Part shown: in pieces, positions 39,541 to 51,263 of the stretch
How positions within the stretch are numbered: position 1 is the first letter of the stretch
How the letters are laid out: the number at the start of each line of letters is the position of its first letter
Assembly (NCBI GenBank): GCA_013265495.1
Contig: MU058198.1
Span: 446,419-510,418 of the forward strand
Length of the DNA: 64,000 bases
Direction of reading: 5' to 3'
From: Vicugna vicugna
Lineage: Eukaryota
Notes under the pieces: generated by a model
Told to the model about the DNA's origin: nothing
The model's database searches: none
What the model saw: the letters and a program-made list of their open reading frames with translations, nothing else
Program-made: the position numbers and the translations under genes

Positions 39541-40041
39541 TGTACATGAAAAATATCATCAGCCATATCAGTAAATAAAGAGTGCTGTGGCCATCAACTC
39601 ATCAGCTGCTACTGTCATCCCTGACAGTGAGTGGAAGGAACTCAGGATGCAGACAAGCAGGCAGCCAGCCTCTGTAGCCACTGTCTTTGGTGCACCCTGA
39701 GGGAACTCAGGATGTGAAAGAACAGGATACTGGCCCTAGATAGCCAGGTGCATATCATAGGAATGATTTAACAAGCCCAGACCTTTGCACCTTCCCATAA
39801 ATAAAAAAGCACTAAATTCTTTAACTTCAGATATCTGGTTTTCCAACAACCTTTTGATGTTCCAATTACCTGGTCTTTGTTGTAAAAACTCCTGAGTATC
39901 CTGGCTCCTCCCCCACCTCTTCAGAGCAGTCCCCCAGAGTGATCTGAAGGGCTGTCATCCCATGTTTGAGTCCTCAGAAATTGTCCGCCAAATAAGACGT
40001 AACTCTCAACTTTTAGGTCGTGCATTTTATTTCAGTCAGCA
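39541..40041 (+). mobile_element. Solo ERV1-class LTR inserted in a MER20
   Basis: TGT...CA ends, perfect 4-bp TSD CCTC, MER20-like halves on both sides. Confidence 0.85.
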
Positions 40042-41146
40042 CCTCCAAGACATTGTGAAATGTGCTATGAAAAGGCAAAATTGCTGTGACTGCCGATCCC
40101 TGCCCTAGAACATGGCTTCCACCAATCTCTTTCTAAAACAGAATAAAAGCCACTCACACAGAAAAATGTCAGAAAAAACATTGGCACCTGAATACAAATG
40201 CTAATTTTTATCTTGCAATTCAGTTGCATCAGCCAGCTTTATATCCAAGGCCAGTGGATTTCATCTACTTTGGGGACAGTCTTATACACAAGAAAGAAAG
40301 TCTTACTATAAAGTGTCATTTGTTGTGGGGAGGATTTGGAGTTATGCTAAGGATGAGAGCCCTGGGAAGGGTTTGGTCCAGAGAATTCCCACCAAGAAAG
40401 GATAAAAGTAACAGAGGAAGTAGGTATCTTAGTGACTGTAATGCGAATTTGAAGGACTTTGAAACATCCATATACATTAAAGAATTGTCCCTAGTCTAGC
40501 TTTTTCTTGAATTTTCCTCCCGGAGATTAGTTGGTGACGTTTGCCAACTCTATCATCCCAAGTTTCTCAGTTCTTATTTTTAAAATACATTAGAACCATC
40601 TTCATTTGGTATTATAAGGACCATTGGCTGTCTCAGTGCTAAAGGCAGCCCAATAGACCATTCTCCGGATGGATGTTTGCCCTTTCTAAGGTGATGCCCT
40701 TTATAAGGTTAAAATCTGTCTTCATTTTCCAGCCTTTGACACTTTCTCTCATGCTTAACAAGCTAAAAAATCTTATATTCTTTTGACATTCGTAAAATAC
40801 GATGACTGCTCCTTGGGAATTAAGTAAATGTCTTGAAAACTTAGTAAACTCCTTGGTGAAGGGAAGACATGAGAAAAGAACAAGATGTACTCATTTTGTT
40901 ATATTTGTATATCCCCTTCTATTCATAGCAAATACCCTTATTTTCAGAGGGGTCCAAACACGTGGCCTTGAATGTCCCTGAGTCAAAGGCAGGAACTGGC
41001 TCTGAGAAGCCCCCTGGGGCACGCGCGAACCAACGTTTAGTTCTGGGAGGGTTTGGGTCAGTGAGTGACTGAAGGTTTTGTCCTCACAAGCTTTTAAAAG
41101 AGTGATTTCATTGGCTTTATTTCCTTGTTCTGAATTTCACCTGCAG

Positions 41147-41378
41147 GTAAAGGATTCTAACGCACTTGTTTACAGTGGCGTCAGTGATGACAGCCAAAGT
41201 AAATGTTGAGCTAACACGACCAGCCCAGAAAGAACAACAAGGCGCTTGTAAGCAAAATAAATCAAGGACTCCGCTGAAACGTGAAGGTGTCTGAATGCAT
41301 GGCCTGGTGCCTGGGCAACCCATCACAGACGGGTGGTGGCTGTCATTCCTTGTGTGGGAATTGTCCTTCCCAAATCAG
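41147..41378 (+). other. TMC5: Candidate TMC5 non-coding exon 2 (3' end uncertain: 41286 or 41378)
   Basis: Non-repetitive sequence. Pyrimidine tract plus CTGCAG acceptor at 41146; possible donors GAAG|GTGTCT (41287) and TCAG|GTGCCT (41379). Position fits my recollection of the mammalian TMC5 5' UTR layout. Confidence 0.45.
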
Positions 41379-42496
41379 GTGCCTGAAAGGAATCAAGATT
41401 CTAGAACCGCGATCGTGAGGGTTTGGTTCAGCTGAGATGCCTGCGAATGAGCAATGTCTTCTTTGAAAATTCCTTTCCTTCTCTTTCAGGAATTCTTAGA
41501 ATTACAATCGGTATTTCATGTGTGTTTAGGGGGGAGGGGGAGAGTATGTAATTATATTTTTGTATAATGTTGCTTCCCTAAGTTTAGTCATTTGTATTCC
41601 ACCTTCGTAATTGTTTTCCCCTTTTCTTACCATGCATACTATTATTCATCTGTTCTTTTTGCCTAATAGATTTATTTAAAAGGAAACGTATTATTATTGT
41701 AAACGGAAATCTCGTTTCACTTGCTTTTACATATGGGTGACTATATATTTATAGACAGAGATGTATACAGGGAAAATCGAACCACTTTATGAAACTCTAG
41801 CTAGGTTATGAAAGAAGTCAGTCTCAAAGAGCTACATTCTGTGTGATTCCATTTATATGACACTTTGAGAAAGGCAAAACTCTAGGGGTGGAGAAGAGAT
41901 CCGTGCTGGGCTGAGGGTGGGAAGAGGGGTGACCACAGGGAGTTTTGGGAGTGATGGAACTCTTCTGCGTCCTGATTGTGGTGGTGGTTACGCATGTGTT
42001 CAACTCCAAAGAGCGGTACACCAAAATGCTTTACTGTACGTTAATTTAAAAAATGAAATTGTTAAATTCCCCTCATAAGTTGTGGCCTCATGAAGGTTGG
42101 AGCTTTGCTCCCTCCTTGTTGAGAAAGAAACTGTGGCCAATTCAGAGAGGTGTTAAAGAGTCATAAGCTCCAACTGAGACTAGACAGGGTTGTTAATTTG
42201 AATTATCGAACGAGAAATAATGAGGAAGGAACTGTCGCTGAGAGATTCCTTGTTATTTTCCACAAAGAGAATGATCCTTTCAAGAATCCCTGCCGGCGCT
42301 GATCTGAAACCCTCAGTTTATAAATGAGATGTGTTTGTGCCGAAATCACAACAGAATGTAGCTCGTTGAGACTGTCTTCTTTCATAATCTAGCTAGAATT
42401 TAATAACATGGTTTGGTTTTCCTTGTATGTATCTCTGTCTATAAATACATAGCTACCTATATGTATAAGGGGGCTCTGATGAATGTTATGTTCAAC

Positions 42497-42584
42497 TTTT
42501 TTTTTTTTGATGGAGGTACTGGGAATTGAACCCAGGACGTCATACATGCTAAGTATGTGCTCTACCTCTGAGCTATTTCCCTCC
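42497..42584 (-). mobile_element. tRNA-derived SINE (short form)
   Basis: polyT plus tRNA-like body; TSD GTTATGTTCAAC/GTTCTGTTCAAC. Confidence 0.9.
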
Positions 42585-42889
42585 GTTCTGTTCAACATTT
42601 AATGATGATTTTATTGTGCTTGTTTTGAGGCTTTAAGTAAATGGCACAGTTTAAAGATTCGATACACATTTTGATTTTGATTTATTTTAAAACTTCTGTA
42701 GCTTATTTGGGGATTGGGAGAAGAACCATTCACACAGTCAGCGTATTCCAGCTTCTCTCCCCCTTTTCCCCAGACACGGTGCTTTAGTGTTTTCCTTCTT
42801 TTAAAAACTGATTTTCATTTTGAAATGACTGTGATCTGGAAGTATTCTGTCTCCTTTTTTTGTTTTCTTGTTTGTGAGTTTACAATTCT

Positions 42890-44440
42890 TTTTTTTTAAC
42901 TGTAGTAAAATATATATAATACTGAATTACCATCTCGACCATTTCTAAGTGTACAGTTCAGCAGTGTTAAGTACATTCACATTGTTATGCAACCAATCTC
43001 TGAAACTTTTTCCTCTTGCAAAACTGAAACTCTATACCTTCTAAACAACAAAACAAATCCCCATTTCCTGCTCCCCTCAGCCCTTGGCAACCACTGTTGC
43101 GCTTTTTGTTTCTGTTTGATGACTCAGGATCGCACAACATTTATCTTCTCATGACTAGCTTATTTCACTTGGCATAATGTTCCTAAAGTTCATCTATGTT
43201 GTACCCTGTGTCAGAATTTCTTTCCTTTTTATTTATTTTTTTTTGAGGGGAAGGGAGGTGATTATGTTTATTTATTTCTTTTTATTTTTGGAGGAGATAC
43301 TGGGGATTGAACTCACTTGAGCTATACCCTCCCCTCTTTCCTTTTCAAGGCTGAATAATATTCCATTGTGTGGCTGTACTCCATTTTGTTTATTCATTCA
43401 TCCATTGGTGGACCCTTGCATTACTCCTACGTTTTGGCTTTTATGAATAATACGGGTGTACTTATATCTCTTTGAGACCCTGTTTTCAGTTCTTTTGGAT
43501 ATACACTCAGAAGTGGGACTGCTGAATCATGGTTCTAATTTTACTTTTTTGAGGAACCTCCGCACTGTTTTCCGTAGCAGCTGCACCATACCTTGTACCC
43601 CAACTATGCGCAAGGGTTGCAATTTCTCCACATCTTTACCAACATGTGCTATTTTCTGCTTTTTTTTTTTTTTTTTAAGACCATCCTAATGGATTTGAGG
43701 TGATATCTCATTGTGGCTTTGATTAGCATTTCTTAATGATTAGTGATGTTGAGCCTCTTTTCATGTACTTGTTGGCCATTAGTATGTCTCCTGGAGAAAT
43801 GCCTATGCAAGTCCTTTGCCTATTTTTAAATGTGGTTATTTGTATTTGTGTGTACGTGTGTGTGTGTGTGTGTGTGTTGCAAATGTTGTTGAGTTATAGG
43901 AGTTCTTCATATATTCTGGGTATTAACCCCTAATCGGATATTTGATTTGCAGTTATTTTCTTCCATTCCACAGGTTGCCTCTTCTTTCTTCTGATTGTGC
44001 TCTTTGATGCACAGAAGTTTTAAATTTTTATATAGCCCAGTTTGTCTATTTTTACTTTTGTTGCCTGTGCTTTTGGTGTCATATCAAGAAAGCATTATCA
44101 AGTCCAAGATCATGAATCTTTCCTCTTGTTTGCTCCTGAGAGTTTTTTAGTTTTAGGTCTTTTAGGTCTTTGATCCATTTTGAATTACCTTTTGTATATG
44201 GTATAACGTAAGAGTTTAACTTCATTCTTTTGCATGTGGCTATCCAATTTTCCCAACACTATTTATTTTTTTGCATGTGGCTATCCATTTTTCCCAACAC
44301 TATTTATTGAAAAGGCTGTCTTTTCCTCATAGAATGGTTTTGTCACCCTTGTTGAAAATCACTGGACTCTACATGTAAGAGTTTATTTCCGGAGTCTCTG
44401 TTCTATTCTGTCGGTCTGTGTGTCTGTCTTCATGCCAATT
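42890..44440 (-). mobile_element. L1MA/MB 3' region (antisense) with nested SINE and TG repeat
   Basis: Typical L1 ORF2-end and 3' UTR antisense motifs (GCTGAATAATATTCCATTGT, TAGTGATGTTGAGC). Confidence 0.85.
43230..43335 (-). mobile_element. Internally deleted tRNA-derived SINE within L1
   Basis: Head and B-box present, middle missing; TSD TCTTTCCTTTT. Confidence 0.8.
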
Positions 44441-45144
44441 CTTGCCTCCTTTTATTCAGCTTTTTTTTTTATTACTTTCCTTTCTGCAAAGAAATTTCTT
44501 TTTACCTAGATCCGAATTGTGTGTTTTTTTGATTTTCTATTTTCAGTAGGGAAGAAATCTCTGCCCCTTTTGCCCTTTCTGCTTGAGCAATCTTCATGGA
44601 TTGTTTAAAACATGTCAGTCATTAAGTAAAAAAAGTGAGGAAGTCAGTCCACATGGGAGACAGTCAGGTGTCCTAGTTAAGAAACCTATTCAAATTCCTT
44701 CCCCTGCTTACTGTCGGTGAGAATCAGAGCAGTTACTGATTCCTTCTGAGCCTCAGTCTGCTCATCTGTAAAATCAGAGCGTGAAGAACTCCCCCTACGC
44801 CGAAACGAGTGGGGATTCAGCAAGACTGGCACATTCTGCTCACTGCCTGACTTCAAATAGGCAGTGGTTATCCTGTCTCAGAAATACATCCATTTCACTT
44901 CCTTAGATTCCACATTCGTTCCAAAGTGGCCACTTCTTTTTCTTTCAGAAAAGGTCTCCCGTCTGCTTCCATTTCCTTTTCTTTTTTTCCTATACATTTT
45001 TCTTGATGTCATTGACCTGGAGAGTTGGAAAAGCCCTTTTAGTTCCCATGTTAATCTTGGTTTAACTCAGCCATTCTCAAGTGCAGGGGCCAGGGTGGGA
45101 GGAGTGCTGATTTTGCTCCCAGAGGACTTTGGTGATGCCTAAGA

Positions 45145-45545
45145 AGGTACTACAAACTGGATGGCTTAACAGAAATTTATTGTCTCACGTTCTGCAGGCT
45201 GGGAGCCTGGAATCAAGCTGTCGGCAGGATAATGGTCCCCTGTAGGGGAAGGATCCTTACTGACCTCTTCCAGCTTCAGTAGCTCCAGACATTCCTTGGC
45301 TTGTGGCAGGATAACTCCAGTCTTCACACAGCGCTATCCCAATGTCTCCTCATGTACTCCTCCCTCTGTGCGTGTCTGTGTCCAAAGTTCCCTTGTTAAT
45401 AAGGATCAGGGCTAATTTAATGACCTCATTTTAACTTGATTACCTGTGTAAAGATTCTATTTCCTAGTAACTTCCCATTCTGAAATACCAGAGGTTAAGG
45501 ACTTCAGCGTATCTTTTTCTGGGGATGCAGTTCAACCCCTCACAG
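45145..45545 (-). mobile_element. MaLR LTR (MLT1A/B/C-like)
   Basis: CAAACTGGATGGCTTAA..CAGAAATTTATTGTCTCAC...TTCAACCC. Confidence 0.7.
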
Positions 45546-46371
45546 TGGTCAAAGTATAAACAATACGAAATGGAAAGTCACCCACCACATTCATGGTTGT
45601 CGTGGTTTCCAGATAGGGAAGAGGAGGGAGGTGGTGGGAAACTGGACTCGGGGGAGGCTTTAGAGCTTCTGCTTTGCCAGTAATGTTTTACTTCTTGGAG
45701 AAAATAAGTGCAAACCTGGAATTAATCTGAGAAGGTTAGTATTTGGTAATATTTGTTCTTTTATTCTCTATACTGTAGTCCATTTTTTAAAGTTATTAAG
45801 AGACGAAAACAAGAAGGCATTGAAGAAGCGTGTCCCTCTCGCGTAGGCACCTGACTGAGGGGCACAGTAGGAAATGCTCTATTGTGGGAGTCAAAGTCCT
45901 CTGTCATCTCATTTTCAGGACATGTGGCCCGCACTCAGCAGCTGGGAATATTCAGGCTTCAGACCCTTGTCAGAGATGATAACCTTCTGTAAACTGTGGG
46001 TGGCCCAGCTTCTAGCAAAAGCCAGCCTGAGAGAAAACCCCTGCACACCTGACGCCATGGTCCTGACACCAGCATTTGCAGACCAGGCTGCTTTGTGCAA
46101 AGTTTGCATCTGCTTGGGACAAAGTGAGAAACATAAGGATAGAGGAGTAATTTTTTAAGAAGGTTAATCTATTCAATTAAATGGACTGCTGTTTCTTTTG
46201 AGACTGGGACCTTCTCCTTTTTTAAAAAAAAGTCCATAAAATGTTTTATGAAATACCAGTGATAGTAGGTTGTGGTAGCTGTTGTTTTTTGGGTTTGTGT
46301 GTGTGTGTGTGTTTTGTTGTGTTTTGAGTAGTACAGTGATCACCAATTTACATAAAAAAGCTAAAAATTTC

Positions 46372-46625
46372 ATTTTTTTCTTTTCTTAATTGAAGTATAG
46401 TCAATGTACAATGTTGTATTACTTTCTGGTGTACAGCATGGTGATTCATTTATACATATATATATATATGTATATATATTCCTTTTCATATTCTTTTTAT
46501 TATAGGCCATTGCAAGGTATTGAATATAATTCCTTGTGCTATACAGCAGGGCCTTGCTGTTTATCTATTTTATATATAATAGTTAGTACCTGCAAATCCC
46601 AAATTCCCAATTTATTCCCTTCCTT
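46372..46625 (-). mobile_element. L1 3' UTR fragment (artiodactyl/camelid type)
   Basis: polyT followed by AATTGAAGTATAG...TTCCTTGTGCTATACAG. Confidence 0.85.
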
Positions 46626-48114
46626 GTGTCGTGGCTTTCAGTGTCCTTATTTGGCAAAATAAAATATAATCCCCCAAAAAAGTTTAAAAATTTTGCTACG
46701 TCTGTTTTAAATTGACTGGATGGTGGCTCACTGGAACTAGTTAAGAATTTCCATAGTCTCACTTTGATAATTTGGACTGTGGGTCTTAAATATGTGTATG
46801 TCTCCCACCACTCACAGGATTGTAGCTAGCGTGAGCAACATTGATTTCATTTAGGTTGAAAGGTTGTCATGTATTGACAAAGGTCAGCTCTTGAAGATAA
46901 GACACACAGCTGAAATTAGAATTCATGGCCTCGGGTTGCCTTTTATGGGGTGCTGTCCTGCATTTGGTGGTGGTCAGGTTAACTTTTACAAGGCTTTGGT
47001 TTCTCTTTCCTTGTCTTTCCAGTAATAGCTGGCTTCAATTAGCAGAATTAACCTTTGCACAGTGCATGACTGCATGGCCGTGACTCTAGCCTCGTCCCGG
47101 GGCAGGACACGAGAAAAGATTAGAAGGATGTGCCATACAAAGCTGGCTGTCTTCTGCTGATACATGTAGATCTAGAGTGTTCTTTTTCACAGCTCTGTGG
47201 TATTCCATCGTGCAGATGTGCTGTCATTGATTTGGTCCATCCCTTGTTGATGGATTTTTGGATTGTTTCTAGTTTTTTCTCATTGCACATGCAGCCTGGC
47301 CCGACACCCCGTAATGACCCCATGTCGCTGTTTTGTGTGGTCACTTTCACGGCTGAACAACAGAGTTTGTGGGTGGCTTGCCTTGGCTTATGCTGGCTTA
47401 AGTGTGAGAAAGCTACGAGGCAGCAAAGATCTAGATAAAGAGGCTGAATGTGACCTCATCAAGGTTCTAGGATGTAATTTACCCTTTGAACTTCCCTAGA
47501 CTACCTAAAGGACAAAAGCCAGGTTTTTATGATGATGTATTCAAACCAGGAGCCTTGTACAATCAAATGGGGAGTCCACGATGAACAGATTCAGAAGGCA
47601 TATCATTTCTTGGGAATGTGATTGAAAACCATTGAAACAGTGAAATGGGAAACCCTAAATGGTTGTCAAAAGAACTCAGAATAGATGGCTCACTGGTCCC
47701 TTATGGGAAAGATACTGGAGCAATAAAATTTGGAGGCAAGGGGGAAAAAAAAGTCTAATATCCTCTTTGTGCTTTTTCCAAGGCACAAAGCAAAAATTAT
47801 TCCTTTGACAAGACAAGACATTTGTTCCTGTAATAGTGAACAAGAAACTATGAGCAAGGTTCTCAGAAGACCACTCCCATTTCATTTGACAGCCAGGACA
47901 AGACTATTTCCTTGTAGTTATTTCCTCCTCCTGTTCTCTCCCAATCGTCTTCTGTGAGCTTAGCTTTTTGTTTGTTTGGGAACTTGTCCCAGTGCAGGTG
48001 GTAGTGATTAGAACACCGTTGTGCCTGGTCTGTGTGAAAGACACGCACCATCCGGGCTCTTGTCAGATGACATCAGTAGAACAGGGCACTGTACCAATAG
48101 GCTTGAAACCAACT

Positions 48115-48343
48115 GTTGGCTGATCACATATAACGTTTATCCATATATCACCTACTTATCTATCCATCTCTTTATCTATCTGTGTGTGTATTTTATGAAT
48201 ATATTCACGAACATATATATTCATAAATATGTTTATGAATATATTATAGAATACATCTATTCATATAACACACACGTAAACACATACATATAGGTAAGTA
48301 GGTAAACAGGTAAGTAGATAGATGTTTTATGTGATCAGCCAAC
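48115..48343. repeat. Imperfect ~230-bp palindrome (foldback)
   Basis: GTTGGCTGATCACATA (48115-48130) and its exact reverse complement (48328-48343) bound partly self-complementary AT-rich arms. Confidence 0.85.
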
Positions 48344-48818
48344 GATTCATTCATTCATGAATACATTCACGAATATATAACAAATTCACATATGTCTCTC
48401 CTCTGAACATTCCTGGGCTAGCTGAATGACAGATGCAAGGTTGTTATGACCACCCATTCAAACCTGGAGTCACGTACCTAACATACAGACACATATGAAT
48501 TTGTCGTAGATTCTAAATGGTCTTGTATTGTCAGGCTAGGCTAAGCTCTGCCACATCAAGAAACAAACTCAAAATCTCAATGACTTAGCTCCTGACAGTT
48601 TACTTCTTGCTCTTGAAAAGCCATCGTGGGTTGTTGCAAGGTGGGCTCTGCTCCATTTAGTCATGCATGAAACCAGGCTTGTGAATGGGTCCCCATGTGA
48701 ACTGTCACTGTTTGCCATGGCAGGAGGAAAGGGAGTTGGAAGGTCGTGTTTTGGCTCGGAAGTGACACATATGCTCACAGTCCACTGGCCAGAAACAGCC
48801 AAATGCCACTGCCTTTCT

Positions 48819-48955
48819 GCTTGTATTGTTTGTTTAATGAGGGGGAGGTAATTAGGTTTATTCATTTATTTCTGCATCGAGGGGGTGCTGGGGACTGAAC
48901 CCAGGACCTCTTGCATGCTGAGCATGCGCTCTCCCACTAAGCTCCACCCTTCCCT
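48819..48955 (-). mobile_element. tRNA-derived SINE (long-tail form)
   Basis: tRNA-like body plus AACCTAATTACCTCCCCC tail; TSD GCCACTGCCTTTCT/GCCTCTGCCTTTCT. Confidence 0.88.
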
Positions 48956-50054
48956 CTCGCCTCTGCCTTTCTAAAAGGGGGCTGCTCATCTTGAAAAATG
49001 ACCTGCAGGGAACCCAGAGCCTCCCCCAGCTCTACCCCTGCAGCTCATCCTGGAGGTGCTAGAGTGTCTGGCTCTTTGCTGATGCGCCTGAGCCCAGGCT
49101 TTCTTATGTGGTCATCGGAGCCCTTTGGAAGGTTCTCATGATACATTCTTTTCAGAAATTCATCCGGGGAAGAAGCGTGGCCCTCTTGAAAACCTGGTAT
49201 ACTTTCTCTTTTTTTTTTTTTTTTTTTTACAAGAAAAAAGTATTAGATAACTGGTGTCATTCCCCTTCAGTCTGGGCTAATACGAACCTCACAGCAAAAC
49301 TTAGTTCTCAATCACAGTCACTATGCCAACTAGGAATTTGGTAGAATGACTTCTCCCTCTTCTTTATTATAAAACTTTTTTTTTTTAACCGTCTGGCCTG
49401 ACTTTTATTGTCTCCCAACCCTTATGTCTTGTGGAAGCTATATTTATGTTACACACGAATCCAAATAGTGCTAAACAAAAGCTTCTGTTCAGCGGATGCT
49501 CTCTTGGTACCAGCTCTTTTTGTGCCTCATCTTGTTCTTTCCTTACAATAACAGTTATTATTAATCAGTATTGGATATGTGAGGAAACAGACTCAGAGAG
49601 GTTGAGTCGCTTGCCCAAGTCCGCATAGCCAGCAGATGGAAACCAAACCCAGTTATACCCGAAGCCGAGGCCTGGGTTCCTAACTGTTTCATTTTACAGC
49701 ATCACATAGACAGATGATTCAATTCAGATGTGTTCTGTTCTCACCTAGTTTCTGCTTTCATCAATTCAGATTTTCTGTGATCTACGTATAAGAAAGTTGG
49801 CAATGTTTGTGAGCCAGAAACATTCATTCTTTTTCAACTGGTATAATGGCCCCTTGGGGAAATAGAAGGGTCTTTGTTGTGGCTTCCAGTTCAGGTCTTT
49901 TTCATTTTCTTTTTCAAAATGAGAAGTAGTACATTTATAGAGATGTGCACAATTCTTAAGTGTTCTTGATGAATTTTCACATACACGCGTACACACACGT
50001 ATGTGTACATGGTCTACCCTAGACCATAAATATATGTTAACTTCTAGTCTTATA

Positions 50055-50101
50055 TTTTTTTAATTTTTAACATTTTTTATTGATTTATAATAATTTTGCA
50101 A
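50055..50101 (-). mobile_element. Ultra-short L1 3' tail insertion
   Basis: 16-bp perfect TSD AACTTCTAGTCTTATA (50039, 50102). The insert's reverse complement matches the 3' end of the L1 at 26440-26479. Confidence 0.85.
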
Positions 50102-50660
50102 AACTTCTAGTCTTATAAATAAATGTTATGAAAAATAAGTTGCCATAAAGCACACATTTAGTCTACAGGGTACTCAGTTTATGTAGATGTTTCTGTTTGT
50201 AAAACTCAGCATATTAGTTGGAATTTTCTTTCATTTGCATATGACAGAAACCCAACTCAAACTAGTAAGTCCAAAAGGGAATGTAATGACCCAAGTATCC
50301 AGTGGCTGCCTGCCTTCAAGCATGGCTGGATTCAGGGGCTTAAACGATGCCATCAGCATTTGATCCCTCTTTCTGCTTATCTCTTGGTTCTATTCCCTTC
50401 CCTGCTGGCACCACTCTCAGGCAGGCCTCCTTCCCTGGTGACCTCTGGCAGCTTCAGACTTAGAACTTTCTAAGTCCAAGTCCAGCTAAGAGAGAAAATT
50501 TCTCTTTCCAACATTTCTGACAAAACTCCCAGAACTGAGTCTTACTGGCTCTAACTGGGTATATACACCCGGACCCAACCAGCCACTGTGATCAGGAAGA
50601 AAACATTTAGACTGGGTCACATGTGTACACCTGGCTGACATGGACTGAGGGGGAACATGG

Positions 50661-51263
50661 TGAGGCGGGAAGCCCCATAAAAAGACAGGCAGGACCCCCC
50701 AGGCAGGGCCACTACTCTCTTGCCAGCACCGTCCGGTTCCTGGGCCCAGAAGCTCTATCTCACCTTTTGCCTCTAAAGAGGCTAACTTACACCTAGAATT
50801 TTATTGGGTCCCTGAGCTCACTTCTGATTGGTTATTTCCTTCACTCCTGATTGGTTATTACTCTCACTTCTGATTGGTTACTACTCTCACTTCTGATTGG
50901 TTACTACTCTCACTTCTGATTGGTCCACTTCCCTAACTTCTGATTGGTACATTTATAGTACTTCATTTGCATGGAGCTCACTCCTGATTGGACTATTTTT
51001 ACAAAGCTTGTTTCTGGTTGGTCAACTTCTGTTGTACTTTATTTGCATATGATGCTGCAAAGTGTAAAACTGGCAGCCTATAAAAGGCCTGTGTAAACCT
51101 GCAGGCGGGGTCCATAGCTTGAAATGTTAATTCTCCTGGGAGCTTTGGCGTAATAAACCTGAGTTCCCCAGCTGTCTGAGTGCTGCTTGGTTTTTTTGCG
51201 CGGTTCCAGGTTGCTGTCACAACTGAGCTGTAACAGCGAGCAGTATCACATTTTTCCACAACA
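50661..51263 (+). mobile_element. Solo ERV1-class LTR with tandem CCAAT array, inserted into an older MLT1
   Basis: TG...CA ends, 4-bp TSD ATGG/ATGT, 23-bp tandem units containing CTGATTGG, ATTTGCAT twice, TATAAAA at 51079, AATAAA at 51152. Confidence 0.88.

Noticed and set aside
50817..50950. 23-bp tandem array superficially like CRISPR repeats
   Set aside because: There are no unique spacers; it is a U3 enhancer repeat within a eukaryotic LTR.
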